In this document: piece by piece, positions 1-11,200 of the stretch
Layout: every line of letters starts with the position of its first letter
Position numbering within the stretch: position 1 is the stretch's first letter
Assembly (NCBI RefSeq): GCF_036321535.1
Contig: NC_087450.1
Location: 45,260,001-45,324,000, forward strand
DNA from: Camelus dromedarius
Lineage: Eukaryota
DNA: 64,000 nt
Direction of reading: 5' to 3'
The notes under the pieces: model-generated
What the model saw: the letters and a program-made list of their open reading frames with translations, nothing else
What the model was told of the DNA's origin: nothing
Database searches by the model: none
Program-made: the position numbers and the translations under genes

Positions 1-32
1 TGACCCTAGTCCTGTCTCTTCTGTCCCTACAG

Positions 33-162
33 GTCCAATGTGTGGCAACCCTGCAGGTGGGGTCTATGCAAGCTTCGGACCCCTCTGAGTGTGGTCAGTG
101 CCTTAGCCTGGCCTGGATGCCTACCCGGCCCCACCACCACCTGGCTGCTGGATACTATAATG
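33..162 (+). CDS. GTF3C2: GTF3C2 internal coding exon (WD40 region)
   Basis: ctacag|GTC CAA TGT GTG GCA ... AAT G|gtaaac; [44 protein letters not shown] matches TFIIIC 110 kDa subunit. Confidence 0.95.
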
Positions 163-495
163 GTAAACAAAACAAAACAAAACGTAAGGAGCAATTGCTC
201 TTTAAACTTTTATATATGCTTGTTTTTTGGCTGTTGTTTCCTTTTTGGTTTAGTGTTAGACATTATATAGTTACATGATTATTATGGTCATATATTCATG
301 CAATGTGAAAAAACACAAAGAAGAAAGAAAAAAAGTCCCTAGAATTTTTCTGCTCAAAAAATAATTATGAGTTGATTTTATGTGATTCTCTATGCATGTA
401 TAAAGATAAAAAAATTAGATGGAGAGAGAACAAATTCTATAAAAATGGGATCATACTCTAGAAACTGTTTTAGATTAGAAAGTATTAAATTTAGA

Positions 496-640
496 GGGAA
501 GGGTATAGCTCAGAGGTAGAGTGCGTGCCTAGCCTGCACAAGGTCCTGGGTTCAACCCCTAGTACTGCCACTAAGGATAAATAAATAAATAAATAAAAAC
601 CTAACTACTACTCCCCCTAAAAATTTTTTTTTTTTAAAAA
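496..640 (+). mobile_element. tRNA-derived SINE of camelid (VicSINE-like) type
   Basis: GGGAAGGGTATAGCTCAGAGGTAGAG (A box) ... GGTCCTGGGTTCAACCCC (B box), then (TAAA)n and a CCTAACTAC..CCCCC A/T tail; family assignment from recall. Confidence 0.8.
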
Positions 641-1414
641 GGATTACATTTAATTATACTTCAATTTTATAGAAGAAGAAGGCAAGTGAAACTGAAAGGT
701 TAGCTAAGCTCTCCATGAATGTTCCTTCACCATAGAGACGTTGTATAAAGATACTTTTAAGATTAAAAAGGAAAAAATAGAAGGTTATAAATAACATAAG
801 CAATTGGCATTATTAGGTTGTAGTTGTTTCTAAATGACAATTTCACTTCTAGGCACATCAGTAGACTTTCTGCTTGGGAGGTAGGGAAATTAGCACTGCT
901 TCCTGTCATCTGCCTCTCCATCTTCTAATTGTGTTTCTTTTGGTGGTATTATTCTTACATTGTCAAGGGATGTGATTCTCGATGCTGTTTTCCTTCTTAA
1001 TTCCCAAAGTTACTTATCTTAACTCTGTATTGAAGTGATTGCACGTCTCTAGCAGTCCTTTCATCTCAGTCTCCCCCTCCATTGCTGAATTACCTACATT
1101 GCTTAGCTGTAATTTACTGTCAAGTTTTTTCAAGAAAGGCTCTTAGGTTCTACGTTTCCTGAGTTTATGTATGAAGAGAGTTTTAGCTTCACATGTTTTC
1201 TCCAACTTTTGTTTATTAAATTCTTACTGTTCTGTAATTTGTCTTTTATTTTTATCAGAGTTATACTTTTGATTACCTCATCCTCTGCCAGTCTGGTCAG
1301 GGGTCAACTTGTTTTAGGTCAGCTGAGTTAGTTTCTATTTGTCCATTTGTTTTCCTTTCCATTCCACTCCTTTTGGCTTACTTTTGGCTCCTTGCCTGTT
1401 CTCTTTGCCTTGGA

Positions 1415-1632
1415 GTGAAATTGGCAAACATTTCTGTAAAAGTTCAGGTGGTGAATATTTTATGCTTTGCAGGCTGTCTGGCCATTGTTGCAACTATCCA
1501 ACTCTGCCATTGTAAAATGAAAGCGGCCACAGACATTGGGTGAACAAATGGGTGTGGTTGTGTTCTAAACTTTGTTTGCCAAAACAGGCAGCATGCTGTA
1601 TTTGGCCCATGGGCTGTAGTTTGCCAACCCTG
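1415..1632 (-). mobile_element. MER58A-like hAT-Charlie non-autonomous DNA transposon
   Basis: Terminal inverted repeats TTGGCAAAC (1421-1429) / GTTTGCCAA (1619-1627); interior resembles the MER58A consensus. Confidence 0.75.
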
Positions 1633-1972
1633 TCCTAGAGGGTTTATGCTTTAAAAAAGAAAAATCCCTTTACTTATATTTAGTAGAGAGTAGAGGCTAC
1701 TGGGTGTATTCAACCTATCTTTCAACTGCAGATCCCAGACTGAGCTATTACTTTTTTGTTGATGAGAATTGGAACTGAAAATATCAGGTTGAGTCTTTAA
1801 ACCGTGGAGGGAATGTTGGCTAGCTAATCATGGTCTCTATATCCGTTCCTAAGGGATCAGATCTAAGAGACCCAGAGGGCAGAAGACATAGATCCTAGAA
1901 GCCAGAGAAAGAAATTAGAGCAAGGAAGAGAGAACCTGACATTAATACCTACACATTCTGTCTCTATCTCAG

Positions 1973-2117
1973 GCATGGTAGTTTTCTGGAACCTTCCCAC
2001 AAACTCGCCTCTGCAGCGGATACGGCTCTCTGACGGCTCCTTGAAGCTCTACCCCTTCCAGTGTTTCCTAGCCCATGACCAGGCTGTGCGCACCCTTCAG
2101 TGGTGCAAAGCTAACAG
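1973..2117 (+). CDS. GTF3C2: GTF3C2 coding exon
   Basis: ctcag|GC ATG GTA ... AAC AG|gtatca; [47 protein letters not shown]. Confidence 0.95.
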
Positions 2118-2210
2118 GTATCAGAGAATTGTGGAGGTGGGAGGTGAAGACTGGGACAGGCTGACTCTTCCAGACTTGTTCAGATTTGATCTTCTCCCAT
2201 CTTCCCACAG

Positions 2211-2372
2211 TCATTTCCTAGTCTCTGCAGGAAGCGACCGGAAAATCAAATTCTGGGACCTTCGACGACCTTATGAACCAATAAACTCTATCAAGCGCTT
2301 CTTGAGTACAGAGCTGGCCTGGCTGCTCCCCTACAATGGTGTCACTGTGGCTCAGGACAACTGCTATGCCTC
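2211..2372 (+). CDS. GTF3C2: GTF3C2 coding exon
   Basis: cccacag|T CAT TTC ... GCC TC|gtacgg; [21 protein letters not shown]40 repeat. Confidence 0.95.
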
Positions 2373-2546
2373 GTACGGCAGGGTGGAGAGAGGAGGGGCT
2401 CTGGGGACAGGCCCTGAGGGCTGGGGTGCAGTGTGCAAGATTATTTTGGGGAGAGAACGGTTGAGGGTTGTCTCACTGAGGGAGTTTGAATTCTGGGAAA
2501 AGAAATGAATCTTAGGAAAAGGAAGTTTTTTTTTTTTCTTTTACAG

Positions 2547-2634
2547 TTATGGACTCTGTGGAATTCATTATATTGATGCTGGTTACCTTGGTTTCAAGGC
2601 CTACTTCACTGCTCCTCGAAAAGGCACTGTCTGG
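2547..2634 (+). CDS. GTF3C2: GTF3C2 coding exon
   Basis: ttacag|T TAT GGA ... GTC TGG|gtgagc; [29 protein letters not shown]. Confidence 0.95.
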
Positions 2635-2895
2635 GTGAGCCCCTCTCTTCGAAACCTTCATTACACAGGAAAACAGTTCCTTTACTCACCTAGTGGTGGT
2701 CATAAAGAGGCAGTAGTTTTGGATAGAAAGAGAAGATAGGTGTGTGGTAACTGTATCAAGGATATGGGTTATGATAAACTCATTTTTGTTTGTGTGAATG
2801 TTTCCCTCCCCAGACCAGTTCACAGAACTGAATGTATATGAATGAACGACTGAATGAATGAATGAATGAAAAAAAAATCTGTCTCTTCTTATTAG

Positions 2896-3024
2896 AGTCT
2901 TTCAGGATCCGACTGGCTTGGGACAATAGCCGCAGGAGATATATCTGGGGAGCTCATTGCAGCTATATTGCCTGATATGGCACTGAACCCAATAAACGTC
3001 AAGCGACCGATAGAGCGGAGATTT
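2896..3024 (+). CDS. GTF3C2: GTF3C2 coding exon
   Basis: attag|AGT CTT TCA ... AGA TTT|gtacgt; [27 protein letters not shown]. Confidence 0.95.
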
Positions 3025-3330
3025 GTACGTATATGAATACTTAATAGCAGCACCATCTGTTGGGTCCTAATCCACATGACCTCCCAAATTAGTGCTACCA
3101 ATTAGCAGGAGAGTACAAATTAGTACTAGGGCTCCCAGCCCTGATAGTCTTTCTGAAGTCATAGCACAGAGTTATGTATAATTTTTCCTACCCTCGTGCA
3201 TCTGAACGTATGTTTAAACATACTACTTTCTTCCACCTTTGAGTCTCTCCTGCTCCAAACCAATTTTCTCTCTTTAACTTGTATTCAGTTTTCAGTATTA
3301 TATAACCTAATCTCACGGTTTCCTTTCTAG

Positions 3331-3483
3331 CCTATATATAAAGCAGATCTGATGCCATATCAGGACAGTCCTGAAGGTCAAGACCACTCTTCTGCTTCAT
3401 CTGGGGCCCCCAACCCTCCCAAGGCTCGAACTTATGCTGAAACTGTCAACCATCACTACTTGCTCTTTCAAGACACAGATTTG
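3331..3483 (+). CDS. GTF3C2: GTF3C2 coding exon
   Basis: tttctag|CCT ATA TAT ... GAT TTG|gtaagt; [16 protein letters not shown]...[10 protein letters not shown]. Confidence 0.95.
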
Positions 3484-3623
3484 GTAAGTTGAGGCCAGGA
3501 GAATGGGTGTGGCATTAGAAAAAGTAGAAAATTTGAGTCCTTGTATAGTAGGAGTTCCAGCTCAAAGATGCAAAACTAAGAAGCTGCTTGCTTTCTCTCT
3601 CCTATCACACCCCTCCTTCCCAG

Positions 3624-3731
3624 GGTTCATTCCATGATCTGCTCCACAGAGAACCAATGCTGCGCATGCAGGAGGGAGAGGGGCACTCGCAGCTCTGCCT
3701 GGACAGGCTGCAGCTGGAAGCTATTCATAAG
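3624..3731 (+). CDS. GTF3C2: GTF3C2 penultimate coding exon
   Basis: cccag|GGT TCA TTC ... CAT AAG|gtgaga; [36 protein letters not shown]. Confidence 0.95.
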
Positions 3732-4034
3732 GTGAGAACCTTGTCTCATCTTCGCCATCCTTCGTCTCATTTTCTCCCAACTCTGGGCCTGTGATCAACG
3801 AAATGGGAGATGAAAAGGTAACCGAGATGGCAAAGGAGGGAAAACAGCTCCAGCAGCCTCATCCTCCAGAGCACGATAGACATACCTCATTCATGGTCTT
3901 CTCATTCCTACCTCTTACCCCATCGTGGTCCTGTCCTTTCAGATTGTGGCCCATTTTTTTTTGCTCTTACAGCTAGGACTCACCCTAAAGCAACAACTGT
4001 GAGCATCTCTCCTGTTTTTCTATTCTTTTCCCAG

Positions 4035-4253
4035 GTACGTTTCAGCCCAAACCTGGATTCCTATGGATGGCTGGTCTCTGGGGGGCAGTCAGGGCTGGTT
4101 CGGATTCATTTTGTCCGTGGACTCACTTCTCCACTGGGCCACCGTATGCAGCTTGAAAGCCGTGCCCACTTCAATGCTATGTTTCAGCCAGCCTCCCCTA
4201 CTAGAGGGCCTGGCTTTTCTCCAACCAGCCATCGCCTTCTGCCCAGTCCCTAG
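4035..4253 (+). CDS. GTF3C2: GTF3C2 last coding exon with stop
   Basis: cccag|GTA CGT TTC AGC CCA ... TAG; [26 protein letters not shown]...HRLLPSP*. Confidence 0.95.
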   Translation, partial: VRFSPNLDSYGWLVSGGQSGLVRIHFVRGLTSPLGHRMQLESRAHFNAMFQPASPTRGPGFSPTSHRLLPSP

Positions 4254-6220
4254 TTGTGGTCCCCATAGGACCCTTGGAATGAAATCTGCCAAGAACAGTT
4301 GGCCCCAAGCACACAGCCATAGGAACTGGGGCCTTCCTGGACAGTGATGCTGCCAGGCCTGGACCTTTAGACCTGCCTCCCCAGGACTCCTTAGATCCCT
4401 CTCCTTCCACAGACTTCTCCTGTCATCACAGCTCCCCGCGGGCAGGGGGGCTCTCCCTCTGCTAACTCTCAAGGCTCCTCAGCCTAGAACCATGACTCAC
4501 AAGAAACACTCAGGCCTGACCTAGGCTTGGGAGTCAGATTGCTCATATTGAGCATATTGTGAAGTGGGTAAAGCTAAGTAAAGGTACTGGGTGTTTTTGA
4601 GACCACATGTGAGTGGGTGTTTGGAGAACTGGAAAAGGTATCTGCATGAAGGCTCCTGTCTGACTGTATTCCAGGATCCAATATTACTGCCTTCCCAACT
4701 CTTTTGAGTACCCAACACACAGGCCCACAAGGGGGTGATAGTAATTTATTGGACTGAAGCTGCTCATAGTGCTTCCTTAACTAAGGAACACCGCAAACAC
4801 CCTGCCAACAGAACAGTGGTTCAGATCTTAACTTGCTCCTGCTTATGAAATATTCCCAATTACTGGTCGTCTGACCCTTCTTGAACACCCCCAGTCATGT
4901 TTTAAAAAAATCTTCCTTTATATCAAGTCAAAGAGCTTACCTCTATAAATTTTACCGTGGGTGTTAGGAAATATAGTCATTCTTCCCTGTGATTGCCCTT
5001 TTAAGTATTTAAAAATAGCTATCATGTTTCCCAAGTCTTTTCTTCTGTAGATTAAATATCTTCAGTTACTTTAACCATTCTTTACACGTCATGATTTTTG
5101 ATCCTTCGTGATACTATGGCATTGTTGACTTATTAAACATGGTTAGCTACTTTATTTCAACTATATAGGAGATGTTGAGAACCCAAGTAAAGTAGTGTAT
5201 TATATCTCATCTTGTTAGAGCCCTCTTGTGAGATGTTGCAGATTCACAGTGACTGTAATATTGCCTCCTAAGCAAGGATAGACACCAGCAAGGAGTAGGC
5301 AAACCATAGTCTTAGAATGTATGAGTACAATCTGAGGTTTTGGGGGGAAGTAGTCAGATGACTTCAGGAAATAGAGAAAAACATGCAGCCTGTTCCTATT
5401 GAAGAGAATGGAGATTAGTTCAGTGCCTACCTGGAACAAAACTGGCACTCTAGACTGATTGGCCAAGTATCTGGAAACAGCTTTCTGCCTCTCCAGTGTA
5501 GGGAACTTATATGTTAAAATATCCCCTTTAAGAGGAAAAGAATCAAGTAGTTAAATTTCTTCGCTGTATGGAAGAGGAAACAGACCTGGAGGCAACCTAG
5601 TCTGTTAGCAGCAGAGTGACTGCAACCCACGTCAGTGCAAAGGAGCCAAGTATTGCACCATCCTGTTGTGATCCAGCTCAGGTTATGCCAGTTTTGTTTT
5701 TGAGAGGACTAGTGGGAAGTGCTTCCCATTGCAGAGCAGCTTTGCTCATTCTACACAGAGGCCCCTTGACACTGCATCATGAAATCCCACTCTCAGAGCT
5801 AGAAAAGATGGGACCTCAACATTTCACACTGTTGAGGTGGAAGGTTGGTGTAGGCAGCCCTACACCTGCTGCCGAGTCTCTGCCCTAATCTCAACCTCCA
5901 AAGGAAAATCAGGAAGATGCTTTCAGCCCTTGCACTTTTTCTCTCCCATAAACCCTTTTCTCCCCAGGCCACTCCCCATCCAATCTTCCCTCCCAATATA
6001 TCCACTTCATATTATCCAAGGGTTCTTGTACTTCTTTGTGCCTTTGCTCACAATAGTCTCTCTTGGAGTGTACTTTTCTGCCATCTCCACCTAAATCCTA
6101 TTCATCCTTTAAGGTCCCAGCTGAAATACCACCTTCATCAAGGAGCTTCCCAGATATCTCTGGTAAAATTAGTCTCCCTCCCATGTGTTCCCAAGAGGAA
6201 AGGAAGGAAAAGAGGATAAA

Positions 6221-6410
6221 CAAGTGTTTATTAAGCACTTGATCTACTTCAGATACTTTAGCATATGTTATTTAATCCTATGAAGTTGGTATTGCTCCAT
6301 TTTACATCGTAAAGATAAGATTCTGAGAGGTTAAGCACTTTGAATGAGGTCATATAACTACTGATTGGTGTTGTTGGGGTTTGAACCTAGACAGTCTGAC
6401 TTCAGAATAC
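6221..6410 (-). mobile_element. MIR SINE relic
   Basis: cattttacat..ctgagaggttaagcactt..ggtcatataacta..ggggtttgaacctagacagtctgactt, typical MIR core. Confidence 0.6.
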
Positions 6411-7439
6411 AACTTTCCAACATAGCATATTTAGTCTCCTATTACATTTACTACTGTAAATTCACTCCTCTAACATGGTGTTTTTCATACAGAAACCTGT
6501 GGCATCGAATTCCCTTGCTTCCTTACTAGGTTTCTGCAGTGTCTGTGACGGGATTCTCCCTGCCTTAATCATACAGGGATTGAGTACATTGGAGCTGGAG
6601 CTAACCAGGTAGAGAGCCTGAAAGAGTCAGATATGGCTGTCTCCTAAAATGTGGGCTCCCTGGAGATAATTAGGCAAAGGCTGCCAGCCTGACAAATCTA
6701 CTCCCAGGAGTTTCCACCACCCTAGAAAGGATGTTGCACTATATTCACAAAATTTTAAAATGTTAGAGCTGGAAAGGAAGTCACCTAACCTATTGGTTTC
6801 CAAACACTTTTAGTTGTGGGCCCCTTTGCTTAAAAGTGGCTCTTTATAGAAGCATACACATTAAAAGAAAAAAAAAGTTGAGGTAAAGAAGAACCTGTGA
6901 TGCTTCCTCTCCAAACCTCTATAAACCTCCAAAACTGAGGAGTCCAGTTTCAAAAAATGCATAGTCCGACCTTCTCATTTCACAGGTGAGGAACGTTAAG
7001 TTCAAGGCTAGTGATGACGAAAGCTGCACAGCCCACTAGTTATGAAACCAGTACCTAAATGTGCTGAAGTTCAGTAATTCCAATGCTTTTATTGGAGGAG
7101 TCATCTTTACGCAGCATTTCTAAAGACTACTGTGGACAAAGCATTGAACTAGTTGCTGTGAGGATGACAAATACGAACAAGACCCAGTTCCACCCATTCG
7201 GAGCTCACAGTTGAGGCTAGTGAAGAACATAGAGACACTTAAAAAAAAAAAAAAAACCCACCCATACGCACGCAATTAACTATGGCTAATCATAGTTTCC
7301 AAACTATGATTCTTGAGACCGAGGAGGATGTCAGGACCTTGGCCAGTTCCGGACGCGGCAACAGTGAGGGTCTTTCTAGGTTGAGGCCCTGGCACTGGGG
7401 AGAGAAGGGGCAGGGGGCAGAAGTCGGACCCAAGTGGGA

Positions 7440-7720
7440 AGTATGGCAGGCGAGCCCCACACCAAGAGCCGGCGCACACCGAGCGGAGCCGCCCTCCGCA
7501 GGTATTAGCGGCGCAGTCCACTCCCATTCCTGCTCTGGATGCAGGGGAAAGCCTCGCGAGCAGCCTAGCGGAAGGGGCGGGATCTGGGGCGGAAGTCCCT
7601 CCCGTTCAGGTCACGTGGTAGGGGCTGAGCTCGCGCACAGGTGAGTAGCGGGAGATCCGCAATGACCGGCTTAAAGCGCCCCACGCACGGGGCTCCTGCA
7701 GCGCGGGTGACCGTTCCAGG
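7440..7720 (+). promoter_or_regulatory. MPV17: MPV17 CpG-island promoter
   Basis: CpG-dense; GC boxes GGGGCGG (~7574, ~7587), ETS-like GCGGAAGT 7589-7596, E-box GTCACGTG 7610-7617. Confidence 0.8.
7590..7640 (+). other. MPV17: MPV17 non-coding exon 1 (5' boundary approximate)
   Basis: Strong donor CAG|GTGAGT at 7641; next acceptor ttgacag at 8138 precedes GAAGC ATG. Confidence 0.7.
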
Positions 7721-8113
7721 CCTCAGGGAGTCAGAGGCTCTATTTCCGGTGTGTAGTTGGAGTCAGGGAGGATGCGGTCTGGTTCCAACTAAGAGTCTGA
7801 ATTTGGAGACCGACCAGGCTCTGGATGAAAGCCAGAGCAAACCTTTCCTCCTGTGTGTCTCGGTCAGGACGGAGGCCCCAAGAAAACCCTGCTTCGGGGC
7901 TGGGGGTGGGGTGGGCGGGTGGCTGCCGTTGGGATTCCATAGCCGCCCACAGGCTTCCTCTCTTCCCTGATTGTCTAAGGCGACCCCTGTAAGAGGAACC
8001 TGTACAGGAAGCCTCTGCCCCTTAGGACTTACTGGAAACGGAAAGGGGAGAGGAAGTGGGCAGAAGGGAAAGATGAGTGTTTCTTTAATTGTAGGGAGGG
8101 GCAGTGAGTGTGA

Positions 8114-8233
<120 letters not shown>

Positions 8234-11200
8234 TGAGTGGTACCGGAGCAGGCTGATTTGGGAGGCAGAAGCTTGCCCCACAACACCTCCCTTATGTTTT
8301 GCTTCTATTTAGCCCACTTGAAGGATTAGCTCTCATCCCAAGCTGTACCCAGTCAGTTTTGGAGGGAGGGTCCCCAGGGCTGTTCTTAAGGAAAGGGGTA
8401 TGCATAGGTGGCCTAGCTGTAAAGTAGGATCTGAAAAGTCCTTAAAAAGCTGAGGAGTCATCCTTTTAGGATAAAGGCATTGCCCCAGGAGGCCTTAACT
8501 TAGAAAACAAACAAAGGCCTCTTTAACACTTTACAGTGTGCAAAACACTTTCAACACACGTTATCTCATGGGGTCCCCACAAAAGTCAGTAGGCTAAGAT
8601 TACTTAAGTCCACATTAGATCACACACCTAATAAGTGCTGGAATCAGACTCTGACCCTAGTTTAGTTTTCTTAGTATTGTTTTTATTGTGAAATATATCT
8701 TAACACACAAAAGAATGGTTAAGATACGTAAGTACCATATGAGTAACATAAAAGTGAATACTCCTGTATCAGCACCCAGCTTTGAGACCCCTTGAGTGCC
8801 TGTCCTTAATTCATACACCCCCAGAGATAACCAATTTCCTGAGTTTTGTTTACATCATTATTTTGCCTTTCTTGTAGTTTTACTGCCTATGGATTGTTTG
8901 GATCCCCAAACAATATACTAATCAAGGATTTATATTTACTATAAACCCAGTAATTGAGAGGCAATCTCACAAAGGTAGCCCAGTGATTTACCTGTATTTG
9001 TTACCATTTTCATTTTGCAGATTAGCTAATATGAGAGAGGATGGCACAGAGATAAGTTTTACAGGGGAAAAGATTAGAAGGTCTATAACTACTGGGACAA
9101 TGCAAGGGTGATCAGGTTCAGGCAGGGATCTTGCCTATGTTTAGAGGAAGGGAACAGGATTCTAATGAGTACCATGGGCTTTTGAGAAGAAGACTGTTGA
9201 AAGGGGTGGGGGAGCTAATGAAAGCCAGGGTGCAACAGCAATCCTGTTACTGGAATAGCCACACATCAGCACCAGAAACTTCACTGTGTGACTGGCCAGG
9301 GGATGGACTCTTTTGCCCCTCCCTGGGCCCCTCTCCAGCCTTCTGTGCTCATCTACCCCACGTCCTGTCCTTAGAGTGTCCGTCAGCCTGCATGACTCAC
9401 CTGGCTGCGTGTGTGGTGACTCATGCTGGATTGTGTGGCTGTGATGGGAACTGACACGCTGGGCCCTTTGCCCAGCCTCAGATTCCCTTAGGGACCCTAA
9501 CTGCCGGAAGGAAGTTTCCCCCTTGTGGCCATCAAGAATAGGGAGGGAAGGATAATCCTTGTGAGTCCCTTCCCAAAGGATCTGCAGCTGACAAAGGTAG
9601 GAGCTTTAGCTCCAAGGGGCCCAAGTGCAGATATGTGATTGGACGGGAGTGCTGGTCTGTGTGTGCTAGAGCCCTGTGACTTCACCCCCCAATCCACCCC
9701 ACCCATCTTCCTAATGCTGTACCCTCTCAGCCCTGAAGCAAGCTCTAGGTAGCATTTTTTTTCTCTAGACTTTCCGAAACCTTTCAGAGTTTTCCTTCCC
9801 TGCTGCTCAGTGTATTCAGATAAAACTACAAATAAAGGGAGGAGGTGAATTTAGCTCGCTGAGCTGTCTTTAGATCGCAGCACAGTAGGTCCTAAGATCC
9901 CATGGGATAGCTCATCACACTGGAAAACAGAATAGAGATTTCAGACTTGGAATTAGAAGACCAAGATTTGAATCTCAGCCATAGCACTTATGTAAATCAA
10001 GACAGGACAATAAACCTCTTTGAGCCTCAGTTTCCTCACTTAAGAGTTTGAGTTTAGTTATGTGACCTCACAGAGTCAGTGTAGAGATTATCTCTATGAA
10101 AATGGTTTAGAAATCAAAACACGCTTAAGCAACTTAAAGGCTCCCGGAATTGGCTCTTTCTATAAGTATTGGCAACCCAAATGCAACAAGCTATTCTTTT
10201 TAAAGTGGTGTTTGGGTTGGGTTTGTTCCACTTGCCATAAATCTGAATGTGGATAACTATCTTAACCTTGGTTCTCCAAAAAACAGAGCCTGAAGCTTCT
10301 TTGCAGGTACTTTGTGAGGGAGCAGGAAGTAATCCCATGAGGGGTGGGGAGGGATAGCCAATATAAGGCTGCATTATCAAATTGGGTACAGCTTAGGGCA
10401 CATGGCTGCTCAATCCCTTAAAACTGACTGAGAAGCTCTTTGAAATGCCTCTGAAGACTCTATGGGTAAGTAATCTTTTCTGGAGAAAAGGAGAAACCTT
10501 TACCCACCAGCTTTATCCCAAATTGGTCAAAGGTTTGCCACATGGGATGTTAACGTCCATGCTCTACCAGGTTGCACATGCATAGTTTCCGGGCAAAGCA
10601 TCAACAGCTCAGCCCCAGGTAAGGCATAGGCCTGAGACAAGGACCTATCAGGTGAACTGCAGTTGTGGCTGGAGTAATAGATAAGTGAATCAAAAAGATC
10701 TGAGATAGTTTGAAAGAAGTGTCTGATACACCCAGTTTTGGCCACGCCAGAGTCAGGAACAGGGCATCTTGGGCAAAGGTCTGCTGTGTGTTCTTCAGAG
10801 TCTGAGTCAGCTTTCTCCCATCCTTTCTTGAGGGCCCAGCTCCATCCCTCTTAGTCCACTCTGGTCCTACTGTGGAAGCAGCTGAACTTCTGCACACACT
10901 GGTTTCCCTGGAGTCTGAATTATGCCAGAATATGAGAGCTAAACAGGCATTAGAGACTATCCAGTCCAGCCCCTGATACTACAGAGAAGGAAACTGAGGC
11001 ACAAGGAGGGAGTGACAGGCATGAGGCCTCATGGTCAGTGGTGGAGTTGGCATTAGAACCCGGACTCTCCCCAGTGCACTGCCCTGCACTTGAGACACCT
11101 TTGGCCTCAGAATGCTGAGTGTAGCCCCAGCTAGTGTAGGCTTAAGATACCTGACAAGCTACAGAAGCCTTTGCTTGGTCTCATTTTCTAGCAGGAGGAT

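Noticed and set aside
496-570. tRNA-like sequence with A and B boxes
   Set aside because: No complete cloverleaf, and it is followed by a (TAAA)n tail; it is a SINE, not a tRNA gene.
1755-1780. TGATGA...CTGA resembling a C/D snoRNA in a GTF3C2 intron
   Set aside because: The boxes are only ~10 nt apart with no terminal stem; too short.
2371-2379. Intron start encodes S-Y-G, the same residues as the spliced junction
   Set aside because: The codons differ (TCG TAC GGC versus TCT TAT GGA) and the match is three residues; compatible with chance.
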